Source: Elusimicrobiota bacterium (GTDB lineage: Bacteria; Elusimicrobiota; Elusimicrobia; Elusimicrobiales; UBA9959). From it: a stretch of 46,755 nt of DNA. The DNA lies in assembly GCA_037137395.1 (NCBI GenBank), contig JBAXKK010000009.1, forward strand, positions 1-46,755, read 5' to 3'. Below the pieces are notes generated by a model. The model made no database searches. It saw nothing but the letters and a program-made list of their open reading frames with translations, and had not been told where the DNA came from. The position numbers and the translations under genes are program-made. Numbering within the stretch: position 1 is the first letter of the stretch; each line of letters opens with the position of its first letter. Positions 26,620 to 36,280 of the stretch are shown piece after piece.

Positions 26620-28077
26620 TCAGAATAGATATGTCATGCCCGGTTTTATGGCGCTCCATTTGTTTATGCTGCCATATTCGCTGTGTTCCGAGCCGGCGTA
26701 AAAATAAATTGACAGATTTAAAAACATATTGTCGGTCAGGCTGTACTTCGCCGACGACTGCAGAAAAAAGCTGCGGTCCGCGGAGTTAAGCTGCAAAAGA
26801 TTCGCCAGATCCAGCTTTTTTGTAAACGCCTCCTGCCATTGGTTGCGTATAAAAAGCTGCTGGCGCGTGATCGGTTCCGTGTTGCGCTGGGCGTAGTCGC
26901 GTATAGACCAGAGGACCGTGTTCACCTGATCGTATACTGACGCGAGTTCGGGAAAATCCAGCAGTCTCTCCGCGTATCCGGCCAAAAACCAGTTCCCCCA
27001 ATCATTATTGGTCATCCCGGCCTCGTTGTAGTGGTACTCGACAAAAGTGCTTCGCTTGCGCGCGCTTTCGGTGTATGAAAACCCGGCGGCAGCCTGATTG
27101 CGAAACCGCCTCTTAGAGTCTCCCGGCACGACATAGGCGTATTTGGTGCCATCCACGCCGTATAATTTGGCGTCGTAGATGAGCGCGTCAGTGGTGAGGC
27201 TGTACCGGCGGGCGCCGCTCCACTCGCCGTAAAAAACAAAGCTGTCGCCTATGGAACGCGATACGTTCGCTCCGAGATACGAAGTTGAATTTTCTCTGTA
27301 ATACAGCAGGTCGGAGCTTATCGCTTTATAGGAAGAGCTGATCTTGGCAAGGTAGCGGGGACGGGCGTTGGTGCGCTGAAGGGCAAGGGCGAAGCTGGTC
27401 CTGTCAGTTATAAATCTGCCGGGCCTATCCGATATTTCCGGGGCGGCGGCAAGGGTCAGCGTGCCGAACGGGAGAATGCCCTGCGCTCTGGCCATTACGG
27501 TGCCCAGGCGGTTTTCCCGCAGCACGATGGGGTCTTCCGAGGTCCTGAGGCTGATCGCGTTCTTCTTGAAAAAATCGGTCGGGTTAAAGCCGACGGCGAC
27601 GCCGCTTTTCAGGTTTATCCGGCCGGCGTCAAGATAGTATTCGCGATACGCGTTCCAGCTGAGATAAGCCTCGTTAAGGTCGTTCTGCGCCACTCCCGAC
27701 GGAAAAGCGGAATGAATATCTGACAGGTGATTAAACCGGTCTACGATGTTTAAGCTCAGGGAAGGGGTCAGCCTGATATCTGCTTTGCCGTAGAAAGTAA
27801 ATCGGTTGGACCAGGCGGGGACATATTTATCCGGCAGGGGCAGAAGCACTCCGTGCCGTTTGGAATTGGTCTGGGCTTCGTCCTCGATGAGAAATTTATA
27901 GGAATTCCCCCCGGCGGCCGAAGACGGCTGCGCCGCCGGCTGAGCCGCGGAAATAAAATCGGGAATCAGGTCCAGGTCTTCATCCTGCCCGGCAAGACCG
28001 CTTTGCCGGCACAGCCCCAGAGCCGCCGCTAAGATCAATCCCCTTTGAAACGCTGAAGATATTCTTTTTGAAACCAT
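26620..28077 (-). CDS. Putative outer-membrane beta-barrel protein of the ABC/LolA-like cassette (true start may be nearer 28035)
   Basis: Signal-like N-terminus, LNEAYLSW...GRIN...GFNPTDFF, C-terminal TYLF. Confidence 0.65.
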   Translation of the reverse strand: MVSKRISSAFQRGLILAAALGLCRQSGLAGQDEDLDLIPDFISAAQPAAQPSSAAGGNSYKFLIEDEAQTNSKRHGVLLPLPDKYVPAWSNRFTFYGKADIRLTPSLSLNIVDRFNHLSDIHSAFPSGVAQNDLNEAYLSWNAYREYYLDAGRINLKSGVAVGFNPTDFFKKNAISLRTSEDPIVLRENRLGTVMARAQGILPFGTLTLAAAPEISDRPGRFITDRTSFALALQRTNARPRYLAKISSSYKAISSDLLYYRENSTSYLGANVSRSIGDSFVFYGEWSGARRYSLTTDALIYDAKLYGVDGTKYAYVVPGDSKRRFRNQAAAGFSYTESARKRSTFVEYHYNEAGMTNNDWGNWFLAGYAERLLDFPELASVYDQVNTVLWSIRDYAQRNTEPITRQQLFIRNQWQEAFTKKLDLANLLQLNSADRSFFLQSSAKYSLTDNMFLNLSIYFYAGSEHSEYGSINKWSAIKPGMTYLF

Positions 28078-28808
28078 TCTTCGGGTATCTTCCTTTCGGT
28101 GTAATTGGTGAAAAGCATTTTAGTCACAAGCTTCGGATCTATCCCGTCTATAACAATAGCCTCCGTCGGCCGCTCCCTTCCCAGCTCGGTTTTATAGCCT
28201 CCGAAATAAACTATTTTAAGAAGCCGGTCGCTATCCGAATAAAACTTCCCTTTTAAAGGGCGGGAATCGGCTTTTGCAACCCAATATTCCACGCGGTAAT
28301 AGTTGGAATCGCCGCGCGATGTTAAATTAAGCTTGTAGCACAGCACCTTCGTCTTTGCCGAATCGGTTATCGTCTCTTCTCCTGCGAGCTCAGCCTTATA
28401 ATCCTTGTGCATGTTTACCGTCATCACATCTCCGTTTGAGGCCTGCCCCATCAGCCTCTGCTGCGGGGATATGCGCACGCTTGATTTTGAGACGGGATCA
28501 TAAAACCAGAGTTCGGTTCCGTTCTTTAACATAACTTTGCCCTTGTCTTTAGGCGGGTTCAGGAAAAGGGCCAGCGTGCGGTATTGTCCGGACGCGGCAT
28601 TTTCCTTCGAGTAAACGTTCAGCGCCATCGCGTTCTCTTTTTTCCCGCCGCGGTATTCAACCAAGGAAACTACTATGCTGAAGGGTGTGTCCGGGTTGCG
28701 CACGGTGTCGGCTTCATTTATGATCTCGTCAGCCGTTTTGCCGATTTCCGCGGAATGCGCCGCCGGCGAGAGAAAAGTAAAAAATAAAGTTAAAATAAAA
28801 TATTTCAT
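28035..28808 (-). CDS. LolA-like 'outer membrane lipoprotein-sorting' periplasmic protein
   Basis: Signal peptide, PPKDKGKVMLK...LWFYDP...RISPQQRLMGQASNGD, FYSDSDRLLK. Confidence 0.8.
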   Translation of the reverse strand: MKYFILTLFFTFLSPAAHSAEIGKTADEIINEADTVRNPDTPFSIVVSLVEYRGGKKENAMALNVYSKENAASGQYRTLALFLNPPKDKGKVMLKNGTELWFYDPVSKSSVRISPQQRLMGQASNGDVMTVNMHKDYKAELAGEETITDSAKTKVLCYKLNLTSRGDSNYYRVEYWVAKADSRPLKGKFYSDSDRLLKIVYFGGYKTELGRERPTEAIVIDGIDPKLVTKMLFTNYTERKIPEEWFQKEYLQRFKGD

Positions 28809-28821
28809 TTAAACCTCGCTA

Positions 28822-30213
28822 TCAATTATGCCTGAGCGCGTCCACTATCGCCATGCGCGCGGCGTTGCGGGCCGGAATTACCGACGACACCGTCGCCACT
28901 GCGATAAGCCCCAGCCAGCAGCATGGCAGAAAAAACGGCTGCAAAAACATGTGGATCGAAAGAAGAATCGGGTTGGCGTAATCCGGCGGGGTCCATGTGA
29001 TCTCCATGAGGTTAATCGAGAAGCTTATCGCCAGGGCCGCGGCGGCGCCCAGCGTTGAGCCCATGGTTCCCAAAAGAAATCCCTCGCCTACGAATTGCTG
29101 GATGATGGCGGAGCGCCGCAGACCGAGCGCGCGGGCCGTGCCAATCTCGCTGATTCGCTCCATTACGCTCATGGACATGGTGTTTATGGTGGTAAAAAGA
29201 ACGATTACGCCCATAATAAACGCCACAAAGCCAAATATCGTCAGAAACATCGATATCGTCTGCCCGTACATGGGCCGGACTTCGCCGAAGGTTTTTACCT
29301 CGTAGTCGCTTTGGGGGAGTATTTGTTCCAGGCGCTTTTTGACCAGTTCCATATTGTCGGTGCGGTTCAGCTGGACCATCAGCCCCGTAACTTTTTTTAT
29401 CCCCCGCCCGCTGATAAGCTTTTGCGCCAGATCGAGGTTCATTATTATCAGCCCCTCATTAAAAGCTTTGGTCCCCATCTTCATCGCCTTGCGCAGATTT
29501 ACTGAGACCACGTTCGGGGCTCCTCCGGAAGTGGCGGCTAGCAGGTCGAGGCGCGCGGCGGTGTCATTTTGGCCGGATGCCTGCGCAGGGAAGTCTTCCT
29601 GCGTGAGCGCGCTGAAATCTTCCGCGGGCGCGGAGTTCGGGGTTTCTTTTTTTGCCGGAGGAGCCGCGCAATCTTCAAGACGCAGGTCTCCGCAAAGGTC
29701 CAGCCGCTCGGCCATGCCGTAGCCGATTACGCCACCGGACAAATCTTCGTCCTTAAGCCCGGTGGAGACATCTGTTTTTGTTACCTTCAGATGGTACTGA
29801 TCCCAGATCATCAACTTTTCAAACAGCGAGGGGACTATTCCCATGCCGAAAAAAGACTGGGATGTGTCGGCCGTGAAATTGCCGGCTATTCCTTGAAATG
29901 CCAGAAACGGCATCACAAGCCGCAACTGCGGTTTTAGGTCCGGGTCGGCATTTATGATGGCCGTAATTTTCTCATAGTCCTCCATTCCGTACGCGGCGGG
30001 ATTGGTGGCGCCATAGGTCGAATAACCTTTTTTGTAGATATGAATGTGTCCTGAAGTTCTTACATAGCCGGTCTGGAGCGTGTAGATTATTGACGAGATG
30101 TTTCCACCGAAAAGAAGAACGGAGACGCTGCTGACCGCTATGGCGAGCACGGTCATGAGTGACCGCCGCTTATTGCGGCAGATATTCCGGTACGCGATTT
30201 GCAGGGTTTTCAT
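28822..30213 (-). CDS. LolC/E-FtsX family ABC permease
   Basis: AYRNICRNKRRS, MSVMERISEIGTARALG, C-terminal IVDALRH. Confidence 0.88.
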   Translation of the reverse strand: MKTLQIAYRNICRNKRRSLMTVLAIAVSSVSVLLFGGNISSIIYTLQTGYVRTSGHIHIYKKGYSTYGATNPAAYGMEDYEKITAIINADPDLKPQLRLVMPFLAFQGIAGNFTADTSQSFFGMGIVPSLFEKLMIWDQYHLKVTKTDVSTGLKDEDLSGGVIGYGMAERLDLCGDLRLEDCAAPPAKKETPNSAPAEDFSALTQEDFPAQASGQNDTAARLDLLAATSGGAPNVVSVNLRKAMKMGTKAFNEGLIIMNLDLAQKLISGRGIKKVTGLMVQLNRTDNMELVKKRLEQILPQSDYEVKTFGEVRPMYGQTISMFLTIFGFVAFIMGVIVLFTTINTMSMSVMERISEIGTARALGLRRSAIIQQFVGEGFLLGTMGSTLGAAAALAISFSINLMEITWTPPDYANPILLSIHMFLQPFFLPCCWLGLIAVATVSSVIPARNAARMAIVDALRHN

Positions 30214-30890
30214 AGTATCACGCCGTCCATGATCATAAACAGATCCTCGGCGTTGGTGATGAGGTTTTTGTCATGAGAAGAAAATATAAAGGTCGTCTTT
30301 TCCTTAGCCTGAATATTCTGCATAAGTTCGATTATCTCAGTGCCGGTCCTGTGGTCCAGATTCGCCGTCGGCTCGTCCGCCAGCACCATCTCCGGGTTTT
30401 TGACAAGCGCGCGGGCGATGGCCACCCGTTGCCGCTGGCCGCCGCTGAGCTCGTTGGGAAATTTGCCCCTTTGGTCGGCGAGCCCCACTTTTTCAAGCGT
30501 GGCGAGCACGCGCTCCCTGCGCTCTTTGGGTGGAATTTTGTTTATCAGAAGAGGATATTCCACGTTCTCGTAAGCGGAAAAAACCGGCATAAGATTAAAG
30601 GTTTGAAAAATAAAACCGATGTGCCTAGCGCGGAAATCCGACATTTCGTCGTCTGAAAACGCCGCCACATTTTTGCCGCACACCTCAATTGACCCGGTGG
30701 TGGGGGTATCGATGCAGCCGACAAGATTTAAAAGGGTGGATTTGCCGCTTCCAGATTGTCCGATTATCACGTTGAATTTATTGCGGGGGATGTCTACAGT
30801 GATGCCCTTTAAGGCCTGTATCTCGACCTTGTCGAGCATATGGGTTTTGGTTACATCTTTAAGGCGAGCTACAAATTCTATTTCTGCCAT
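30210..30890 (-). CDS. LolD-like ABC ATP-binding protein
   Basis: GQSGSGKST, LSGGQRQRV, LADEPTANLD. Confidence 0.92.
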   Translation of the reverse strand: MAEIEFVARLKDVTKTHMLDKVEIQALKGITVDIPRNKFNVIIGQSGSGKSTLLNLVGCIDTPTTGSIEVCGKNVAAFSDDEMSDFRARHIGFIFQTFNLMPVFSAYENVEYPLLINKIPPKERRERVLATLEKVGLADQRGKFPNELSGGQRQRVAIARALVKNPEMVLADEPTANLDHRTGTEIIELMQNIQAKEKTTFIFSSHDKNLITNAEDLFMIMDGVIL

Positions 30891-31017
30891 GGTTTCTCCG
30901 GGGTTTAAATCTTCTCAACTTTAAAGCCCCATTCAAGCGCTTAATCAATTGTAGCGAATTTGTAAAGCTAGGCCAATACAGATTTGCGCGCGCTAAGTGC
31001 CGGGGGGCAAACCGGGG

Positions 31018-31359
31018 CTACTTCCTTATAAAGTGGGGCATATTGACCGGCAGCTCCAGGGAGAGTTCCACCATCCCTCCGGGTTTTCCGTCTTTCGGGC
31101 AGGCGAATTGATAGATCAGTTTTTTGACGCCGTTCTTTTCAATAGTGTAGGCGTTGGGCGGCGTAAGAGGGTTTGTCAGCATTGCTTTTAGTCTGGTTTT
31201 TGCCGGTTCCGGATGGCAGTCAAGGAGATTTGAGCCGATCAGGTCCAAGCCGCCGTATTTTTCAAAGGTTTTACCCGCTTTTCCGTTCAGCTCTGTTATT
31301 ATTCCGGTCTCGTCGCAGACGGTTACGGCTATAGGCGCAGTTTTTATCCACTCGTTCAT
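31018..31359 (-). CDS. Stand-alone PAS-domain protein
   Basis: AVTVCDETGII..LN...LIGSNLLDCHP; about 113 aa with no output domain. Confidence 0.75.
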   Translation of the reverse strand: MNEWIKTAPIAVTVCDETGIITELNGKAGKTFEKYGGLDLIGSNLLDCHPEPAKTRLKAMLTNPLTPPNAYTIEKNGVKKLIYQFACPKDGKPGGMVELSLELPVNMPHFIRK

Positions 31360-31439
31360 AATGGTTCCGTAAAGCAAAAAGCGTCGCCCGCTTTTTATTG
31401 ATGTCATAATTATAACTTCTTTTTTATACAATATTCATT

Positions 31440-31988
31440 ATGCTTGAAACCCCTTTGCTTAAACTTGTTTCAAAACGGCGCAGCGTGCGCAAATATAAGC
31501 CTCTGCCCGTGGAGAAGGAAAAACTCCTTATATGCCTTGAGGCCGCGCGTCTGGCTCCGTCGGCCTGCAACGCCCAGCCCTATAAATTTGTAGTCGTGGA
31601 TGACCCGGCCGTCAAGGACAAGCTGGCCGCGGCCGTCTTCTCAGGCATCCATTCCCCCATCAAGTTTGCCGCGCAGGCCTCCGTCCTCGTAGTTGTCGTG
31701 TCGCAAAAAGGCAAGCTTTCCGCCTGGCTGGGCAACCAGGTGCAGGATACCAATTTTCGTCTGGTGGACATCGGCATAGCCGCTGAACATTTCGTCCTGG
31801 CCGCGGAGGAACAGGGGCTCGCCACCTGCTGGCTTGGCTGGTTTGACGCCAAGGGCGCCGCTAAAGCGCTGGGCCTGCCTGCCGGTTGCAAGGCCGAGGT
31901 TATGTTGAGCGTCGGCTACGCCGATGAGGCTCCCCCGGCCCGCAAGAGAAAAACAATGGAAGAAATATCATCATTCAACGGATATTGA
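31440..31988 (+). CDS. Nitroreductase family protein
   Basis: RRSVRKY, ARLAPSACNAQP, GLATCW, SVGY. Confidence 0.9.
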   Translation: MLETPLLKLVSKRRSVRKYKPLPVEKEKLLICLEAARLAPSACNAQPYKFVVVDDPAVKDKLAAAVFSGIHSPIKFAAQASVLVVVVSQKGKLSAWLGNQVQDTNFRLVDIGIAAEHFVLAAEEQGLATCWLGWFDAKGAAKALGLPAGCKAEVMLSVGYADEAPPARKRKTMEEISSFNGY

Positions 31989-32004
31989 CCCGCTGACGGC
32001 TAAT

Positions 32005-32376
32005 ATGAAAAAAACAATCATTCTTTTCGCGCTTATCTTTATCCAGGCTTCAGGGCTTCGGGCCGATGAAGGCTGCGACAAGTCTTCCGACGCCTGCAAG
32101 CCGCAGATAAAAAAGGTGACGCCTTTCATGGCCGAGCTCCAAAAAGCGCAGGCCGCCCCATCGCTTAAACAGAGTGCAATTAAAGAGCCGTCGCTCAAGC
32201 AGGCAGGTCCTGAAGAGCGCCTCGCTGTGTCCACTGTCCCGGCAACCGCGCCGGTTGCGCCGATAGGGGATCAACAAACCGTGTCCCACCCAGCATGGCT
32301 GCTCGCGGGCGCGGGGCTGCTTATCGGGCTCTATTATTTTCTAAGAGAGACCCAAAAAAAAGGAAAGAACCGATGA
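32005..32376 (+). CDS. Small exported protein with C-terminal membrane anchor
   Basis: Signal peptide, Cys pair, Pro/Ala linker, C-terminal TM helix and basic tail. Confidence 0.6.
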   Translation: MKKTIILFALIFIQASGLRADEGCDKSSDACKPQIKKVTPFMAELQKAQAAPSLKQSAIKEPSLKQAGPEERLAVSTVPATAPVAPIGDQQTVSHPAWLLAGAGLLIGLYYFLRETQKKGKNR

Positions 32377-33113
32377 CTCTTAACCTCGATAGCTATAATA
32401 CCGCTTCTACAGTGATGCACGCGGCTCAGGGCGCCGCCCTGCTGGCGCTCGGCTTTACTGAGGCTTACGCGTGGTATAAGCCCGGCGGACGGATCAGGTT
32501 CATCTCGCCGCTGGCGCTTCTGCTTAGCGGGGCCGGAATGCTGCTGGCTATGCTGTATTTTCTGGGTGGGTGGAGCGTTGAAAGCCTGATGTTCTCGCTG
32601 CAGCTGAAGAGCGGTTTCTATATATTCGTCTCCTTCGCCTGCTTTTACGCTTCGGCGGGTTTGAGTCAACTGACCTTCCTCTCATCGGAGGAGAAGAACC
32701 GCGGGTGGCATTATTTATTTTTGGCTTTTCTCGCCGTTATAGGGCTTCTTTACTTCGGAATGTCCAAGAAAGTTAATCCCGAGGCCGCTGTTGCAGTGGC
32801 CGCCGCCCATTCGGCGTTCGGTTTTACCCTGCTCGCAGCGGTTATCTTCAAATTGCTTAACGGATTCCGCCCCCGCAAGGGCTTTAGTCTGGCTTGGGTC
32901 GCCCTTATTCTCATAGCGTCTTTTCAGTTGCTCAGCTATAGGGAAGTTGAGGGCGCTTTTGATTTTCGCGTGGCCGGCCTGCAGGCTTCTCCTCAAATCT
33001 CTTCTCCGGCAGCCGTGTCCGGAGCCGTAAAATCCCGCACTATTTCCCTGGGCAAAAGTATCGTGGTAAATAAAAATGCCAAGATTACTCATCCAAAACG
33101 CGCTGGTAATTGA
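32373..33113 (+). CDS. Polytopic membrane protein, unknown function
   Basis: About six hydrophobic segments, several His; ATGA overlap with the upstream gene. Confidence 0.6.
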   Translation: MTLNLDSYNTASTVMHAAQGAALLALGFTEAYAWYKPGGRIRFISPLALLLSGAGMLLAMLYFLGGWSVESLMFSLQLKSGFYIFVSFACFYASAGLSQLTFLSSEEKNRGWHYLFLAFLAVIGLLYFGMSKKVNPEAAVAVAAAHSAFGFTLLAAVIFKLLNGFRPRKGFSLAWVALILIASFQLLSYREVEGAFDFRVAGLQASPQISSPAAVSGAVKSRTISLGKSIVVNKNAKITHPKRAGN

Positions 33114-34365
33114 TCCAGCGCGCAAGCTCGAAAAAAAACTAAACCTGTTTATAGAAGACGGGCTCATAAAGTCCGTGGGAGCCGGATATCCATCTACGGC
33201 CCGCGGGAGCTTCGAGATTTACGACGCTTCAGGCCTCTGGCTCATGCCCGGGCTTATAGATATGCACGTTCACGCCCGTGAGCCTGGCATGGAAACGGCG
33301 GAGGACCTTAAAAGCTGCGCCATGGCCGCCGCCGCCGGCGGATTCACCTCTATTCTGGCCATGCCCAATACGGAGCCGCCGGTGGATAACCCGGCGCTTA
33401 TGCGCCGTCTGCGGGCGAAAGCCGGGGGCCTGCCGGTGAATGTGTATTTTTCCGCCGCTGTCACGCGCGGCCGCTCCGGGCGGAACCTCGCGGACCTTAA
33501 GGCGCTGAAAAACGCCGGTGCCCGGGCCTTTACCGACGACGGTGCCTGCGTGGCCGACTTCGGGCTTTTAAAAAAAGCTTTAAGGCTGGCAAAAATTTTA
33601 AAGACGCCGGTTCTCGAGCATGCGGAGTCATTAGCTTTGACCGGCTCCGGAGTTATGCACGACTGCGCGCGTGCGCGCCGCCTGAAAGTCCCGGGTATCC
33701 CGCGCGAAGCTGAGGTTTTCATGGTTTTGCGCGATCTGTTGCTTGCCGGCTCCACCGGCGGGCCTCTGCACCTCCAGCACCTGAGCTGCCTTGAAAGCGT
33801 GAGCCTTGTCGCCGCCGCCAAAAGGGCTGGTTTTAATGTCACGGCTGAGACCTGTCCGCACTATTTCACGCTTACCTGCGAAGATGTCAAAGACGCCGCC
33901 TTCAAGATGAAGCCGCCGCTCCGTGAGCGCGGCGACCGCGCGGCGCTTAAAAAAGGCCTGGCCGACGGAAGGATAGATGTTATAGCCTCAGACCACGCTC
34001 CACACCCTGCCGCCGAAAAAGCGAAGGGGCTTTTAAAGGCTCCCTTCGGAGTAATCGGCCTTGAAACCACGCTGGGGCTGGCCCTCACAGAATTGTTTTA
34101 TAAAGGTTTAGTCTCCAGAATTCGCCTCGCCGAACTTTTAAGCGCTAATCCGGCCCGCATACTTGGCCTGAAAAAAAAGGGAGGATTGGCGCCAGGCATG
34201 GACGCCGATCTCACTCTGATAGATCCGCTCGCGCGATACCTGGTTCCCCCGCGTTTTTATTCCAGGTCCGACAATTCTCCGTTTATCGGCAGGCGGCTTA
34301 AAGGCCGCGCTGCCGCGACTATTATTGGCGGACGTTTCGTGTTTAGGGACGGACGTTTCCTTTAA
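33076..34365 (+). CDS. pyrC: Dihydroorotase (type I)
   Basis: PGLIDMHVHAREPG, MPNT, ETCPHY, KMKPPLR, ASDHAPH. Confidence 0.93.
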   Translation: MPRLLIQNALVIDPARKLEKKLNLFIEDGLIKSVGAGYPSTARGSFEIYDASGLWLMPGLIDMHVHAREPGMETAEDLKSCAMAAAAGGFTSILAMPNTEPPVDNPALMRRLRAKAGGLPVNVYFSAAVTRGRSGRNLADLKALKNAGARAFTDDGACVADFGLLKKALRLAKILKTPVLEHAESLALTGSGVMHDCARARRLKVPGIPREAEVFMVLRDLLLAGSTGGPLHLQHLSCLESVSLVAAAKRAGFNVTAETCPHYFTLTCEDVKDAAFKMKPPLRERGDRAALKKGLADGRIDVIASDHAPHPAAEKAKGLLKAPFGVIGLETTLGLALTELFYKGLVSRIRLAELLSANPARILGLKKKGGLAPGMDADLTLIDPLARYLVPPRFYSRSDNSPFIGRRLKGRAAATIIGGRFVFRDGRFL

Positions 34366-34475
34366 AGGTGTTTTAAATGTAGAATTTAGCAGCGCTGATT
34401 ATTACGCAATAACTTATAAGGCAATGCGCGTGTGGCAGCCGTATCGGAACCACGCTCATCAAACGGTGAAAATCC

Positions 34476-35564
34476 ATGGGCTTTTTGTACCGGCAAATTT
34501 TACGCAAAATACTCTTCAACTTCGATCCTGAAACGGTGCATGACGCCGTAATGAAAAGCGTCAGCGCGCTGCAGGGCGTCGAGCCGGCGCGGATGATTTT
34601 AGAGCTGCTGATCCGGGTTAAAGAAATGCCCGTCACCGTGGCCGGCATCAGGTTTAGGAACCCCGTGGGTCTCGCGGCTGGTTTTGACAAGAATTGTGAG
34701 GCGCCGCTTATATTGGCCAAGCTGGGCTTCGGGTTCCTGGAGATGGGGACGATAACTCTTCGCGCGCAGAACGGAAATCCGCGTCCGCGCGTCTTCCGCC
34801 TGAGCGATCACCATGGCATAATCAACCGGATGGGTTTTAACAATGTCGGCGCTTACGAGGCCGCCAGACGGCTTTCTAAACTGGGGCCCGCGGGCGTGCC
34901 GCTGGGGCTTAATATCGGTAAAAACGCGGACTGTTCGCTGGAAGACGCGCCAAAGAATTATCTGGAAGCGCTCAAGGTTCTCTACCCGTTCGGAGATTAT
35001 TTCGTCTTTAATATCAGTTCTCCAAACACTCTGCAGTTGCGGGTGCTGCACCAGAAAGAGCGCCTGGCGCGCCTGCTGGAACCCGCGCTTGATTTTATAA
35101 ACAGCCAGCGGGTTAAAAAGCCGCTTTTCATAAAGATCTCCCCCGAACTTGAAGACGGGGATCTTTCCGGCCTGGTCGCAACCGCCGCGGAGCGGGGGCT
35201 GGGACTTATCGTCACGAATACCTCTGTCCGGCGCGATCATCTACACGCGCGCTGGCATTCCTATGAGGGCGGACTCAGCGGCAAGCCCCTGCGAGATATT
35301 TCCAACGAGATGTTGAAAAAAGTTTCCGAACTGGCGGCCGGGCGGGTGCCGCTGATAGGCGTAGGCGGAGTTTTTGACGGGCCGTCCGCGGCTGAAAAAT
35401 TTAAACTGGGGGCGAACCTGGTGCAGGTCTATTCGGGCCTCATCTATGAGGGACCTTTCATGGTGAAGGACATCCTGAGGCATCTGGAAAAAAATCAGGC
35501 GGACTTGAAACGCCGGGCCAGGGGCCTTGGGCCTTGTTTAATGGCGCATTCGGAAAAAGCATGA
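34476..35564 (+). CDS. pyrD: Quinone-dependent dihydroorotate dehydrogenase (class 2)
   Basis: DPETVH, GLAAGFDKN, INRMGFNN, NISSPNT, GGLSGKP. Confidence 0.93.
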   Translation: MGFLYRQILRKILFNFDPETVHDAVMKSVSALQGVEPARMILELLIRVKEMPVTVAGIRFRNPVGLAAGFDKNCEAPLILAKLGFGFLEMGTITLRAQNGNPRPRVFRLSDHHGIINRMGFNNVGAYEAARRLSKLGPAGVPLGLNIGKNADCSLEDAPKNYLEALKVLYPFGDYFVFNISSPNTLQLRVLHQKERLARLLEPALDFINSQRVKKPLFIKISPELEDGDLSGLVATAAERGLGLIVTNTSVRRDHLHARWHSYEGGLSGKPLRDISNEMLKKVSELAAGRVPLIGVGGVFDGPSAAEKFKLGANLVQVYSGLIYEGPFMVKDILRHLEKNQADLKRRARGLGPCLMAHSEKA

Positions 35565-36253
35565 GCAGAGCCAAATTAATAATCGCGCTGGACACGCCGG
35601 ACCTTAAAACCGCGGCTGCCCTGCTTAAAAAACTCAAGGGTCTGCCGCTTATCTATAAGGTCGGTTCAAGTCTTTTCACGCTCGCCGGTCCCCGGGCGGT
35701 GGACCTGGTTCACAAGTGCGGAGGGAAAGTTTTTCTGGATCTCAAATTTTACGATATACCCAACACCGTCAGGAACGCTGTGGAAAGCGCGGAGCGCCTG
35801 GGAGTTTATTCCGTTTCCCTGCACCTATCCGGAGGGGCTAGTATGCTTGAGGCCGCGGTCTCGCTTAAAAAGCGGCCGCTGCTCTGGGGAATAACGGTGT
35901 TGACCAGTTTTGACGAAGAGAGTTTCGCCTGTTCCGGGTTTGCCGGAGGGATAGGAAAAAATATTTTACGCCTGGCCGCCTTGGGCGCGGAGAACGGCGC
36001 CGACGGCATCGTGTGCTCTCCGCTGGAGGCGTCCGCCGTTAAGGAGCGCTTTGGCAGGTCGCTTAAAATTATCACTCCCGGCATCAGGCTTGTCGGCGGG
36101 GCTGACGATCAGAAGCGCACTCTTACCCCCGCCGGGGCCTTGTCCGCGGGAGCCGATATGATAGTGGTGGGCAGGCCGGTGCTCGGCGCTCCTGATCCGG
36201 CTGCAGTCGTCCGTGAAATACTGGGGAAACTTGACAAAGCCGGTAAAGACTGA
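35561..36253 (+). CDS. pyrF: Orotidine-5'-phosphate decarboxylase
   Basis: IIALD, FLDLKFYDIPNT, TPGIR, DDQKR, VVGRP. Confidence 0.95.
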   Translation: MSRAKLIIALDTPDLKTAAALLKKLKGLPLIYKVGSSLFTLAGPRAVDLVHKCGGKVFLDLKFYDIPNTVRNAVESAERLGVYSVSLHLSGGASMLEAAVSLKKRPLLWGITVLTSFDEESFACSGFAGGIGKNILRLAALGAENGADGIVCSPLEASAVKERFGRSLKIITPGIRLVGGADDQKRTLTPAGALSAGADMIVVGRPVLGAPDPAAVVREILGKLDKAGKD

Positions 36254-36280
36254 AAATCCTAAATCAGAGGTGACTTTTGC

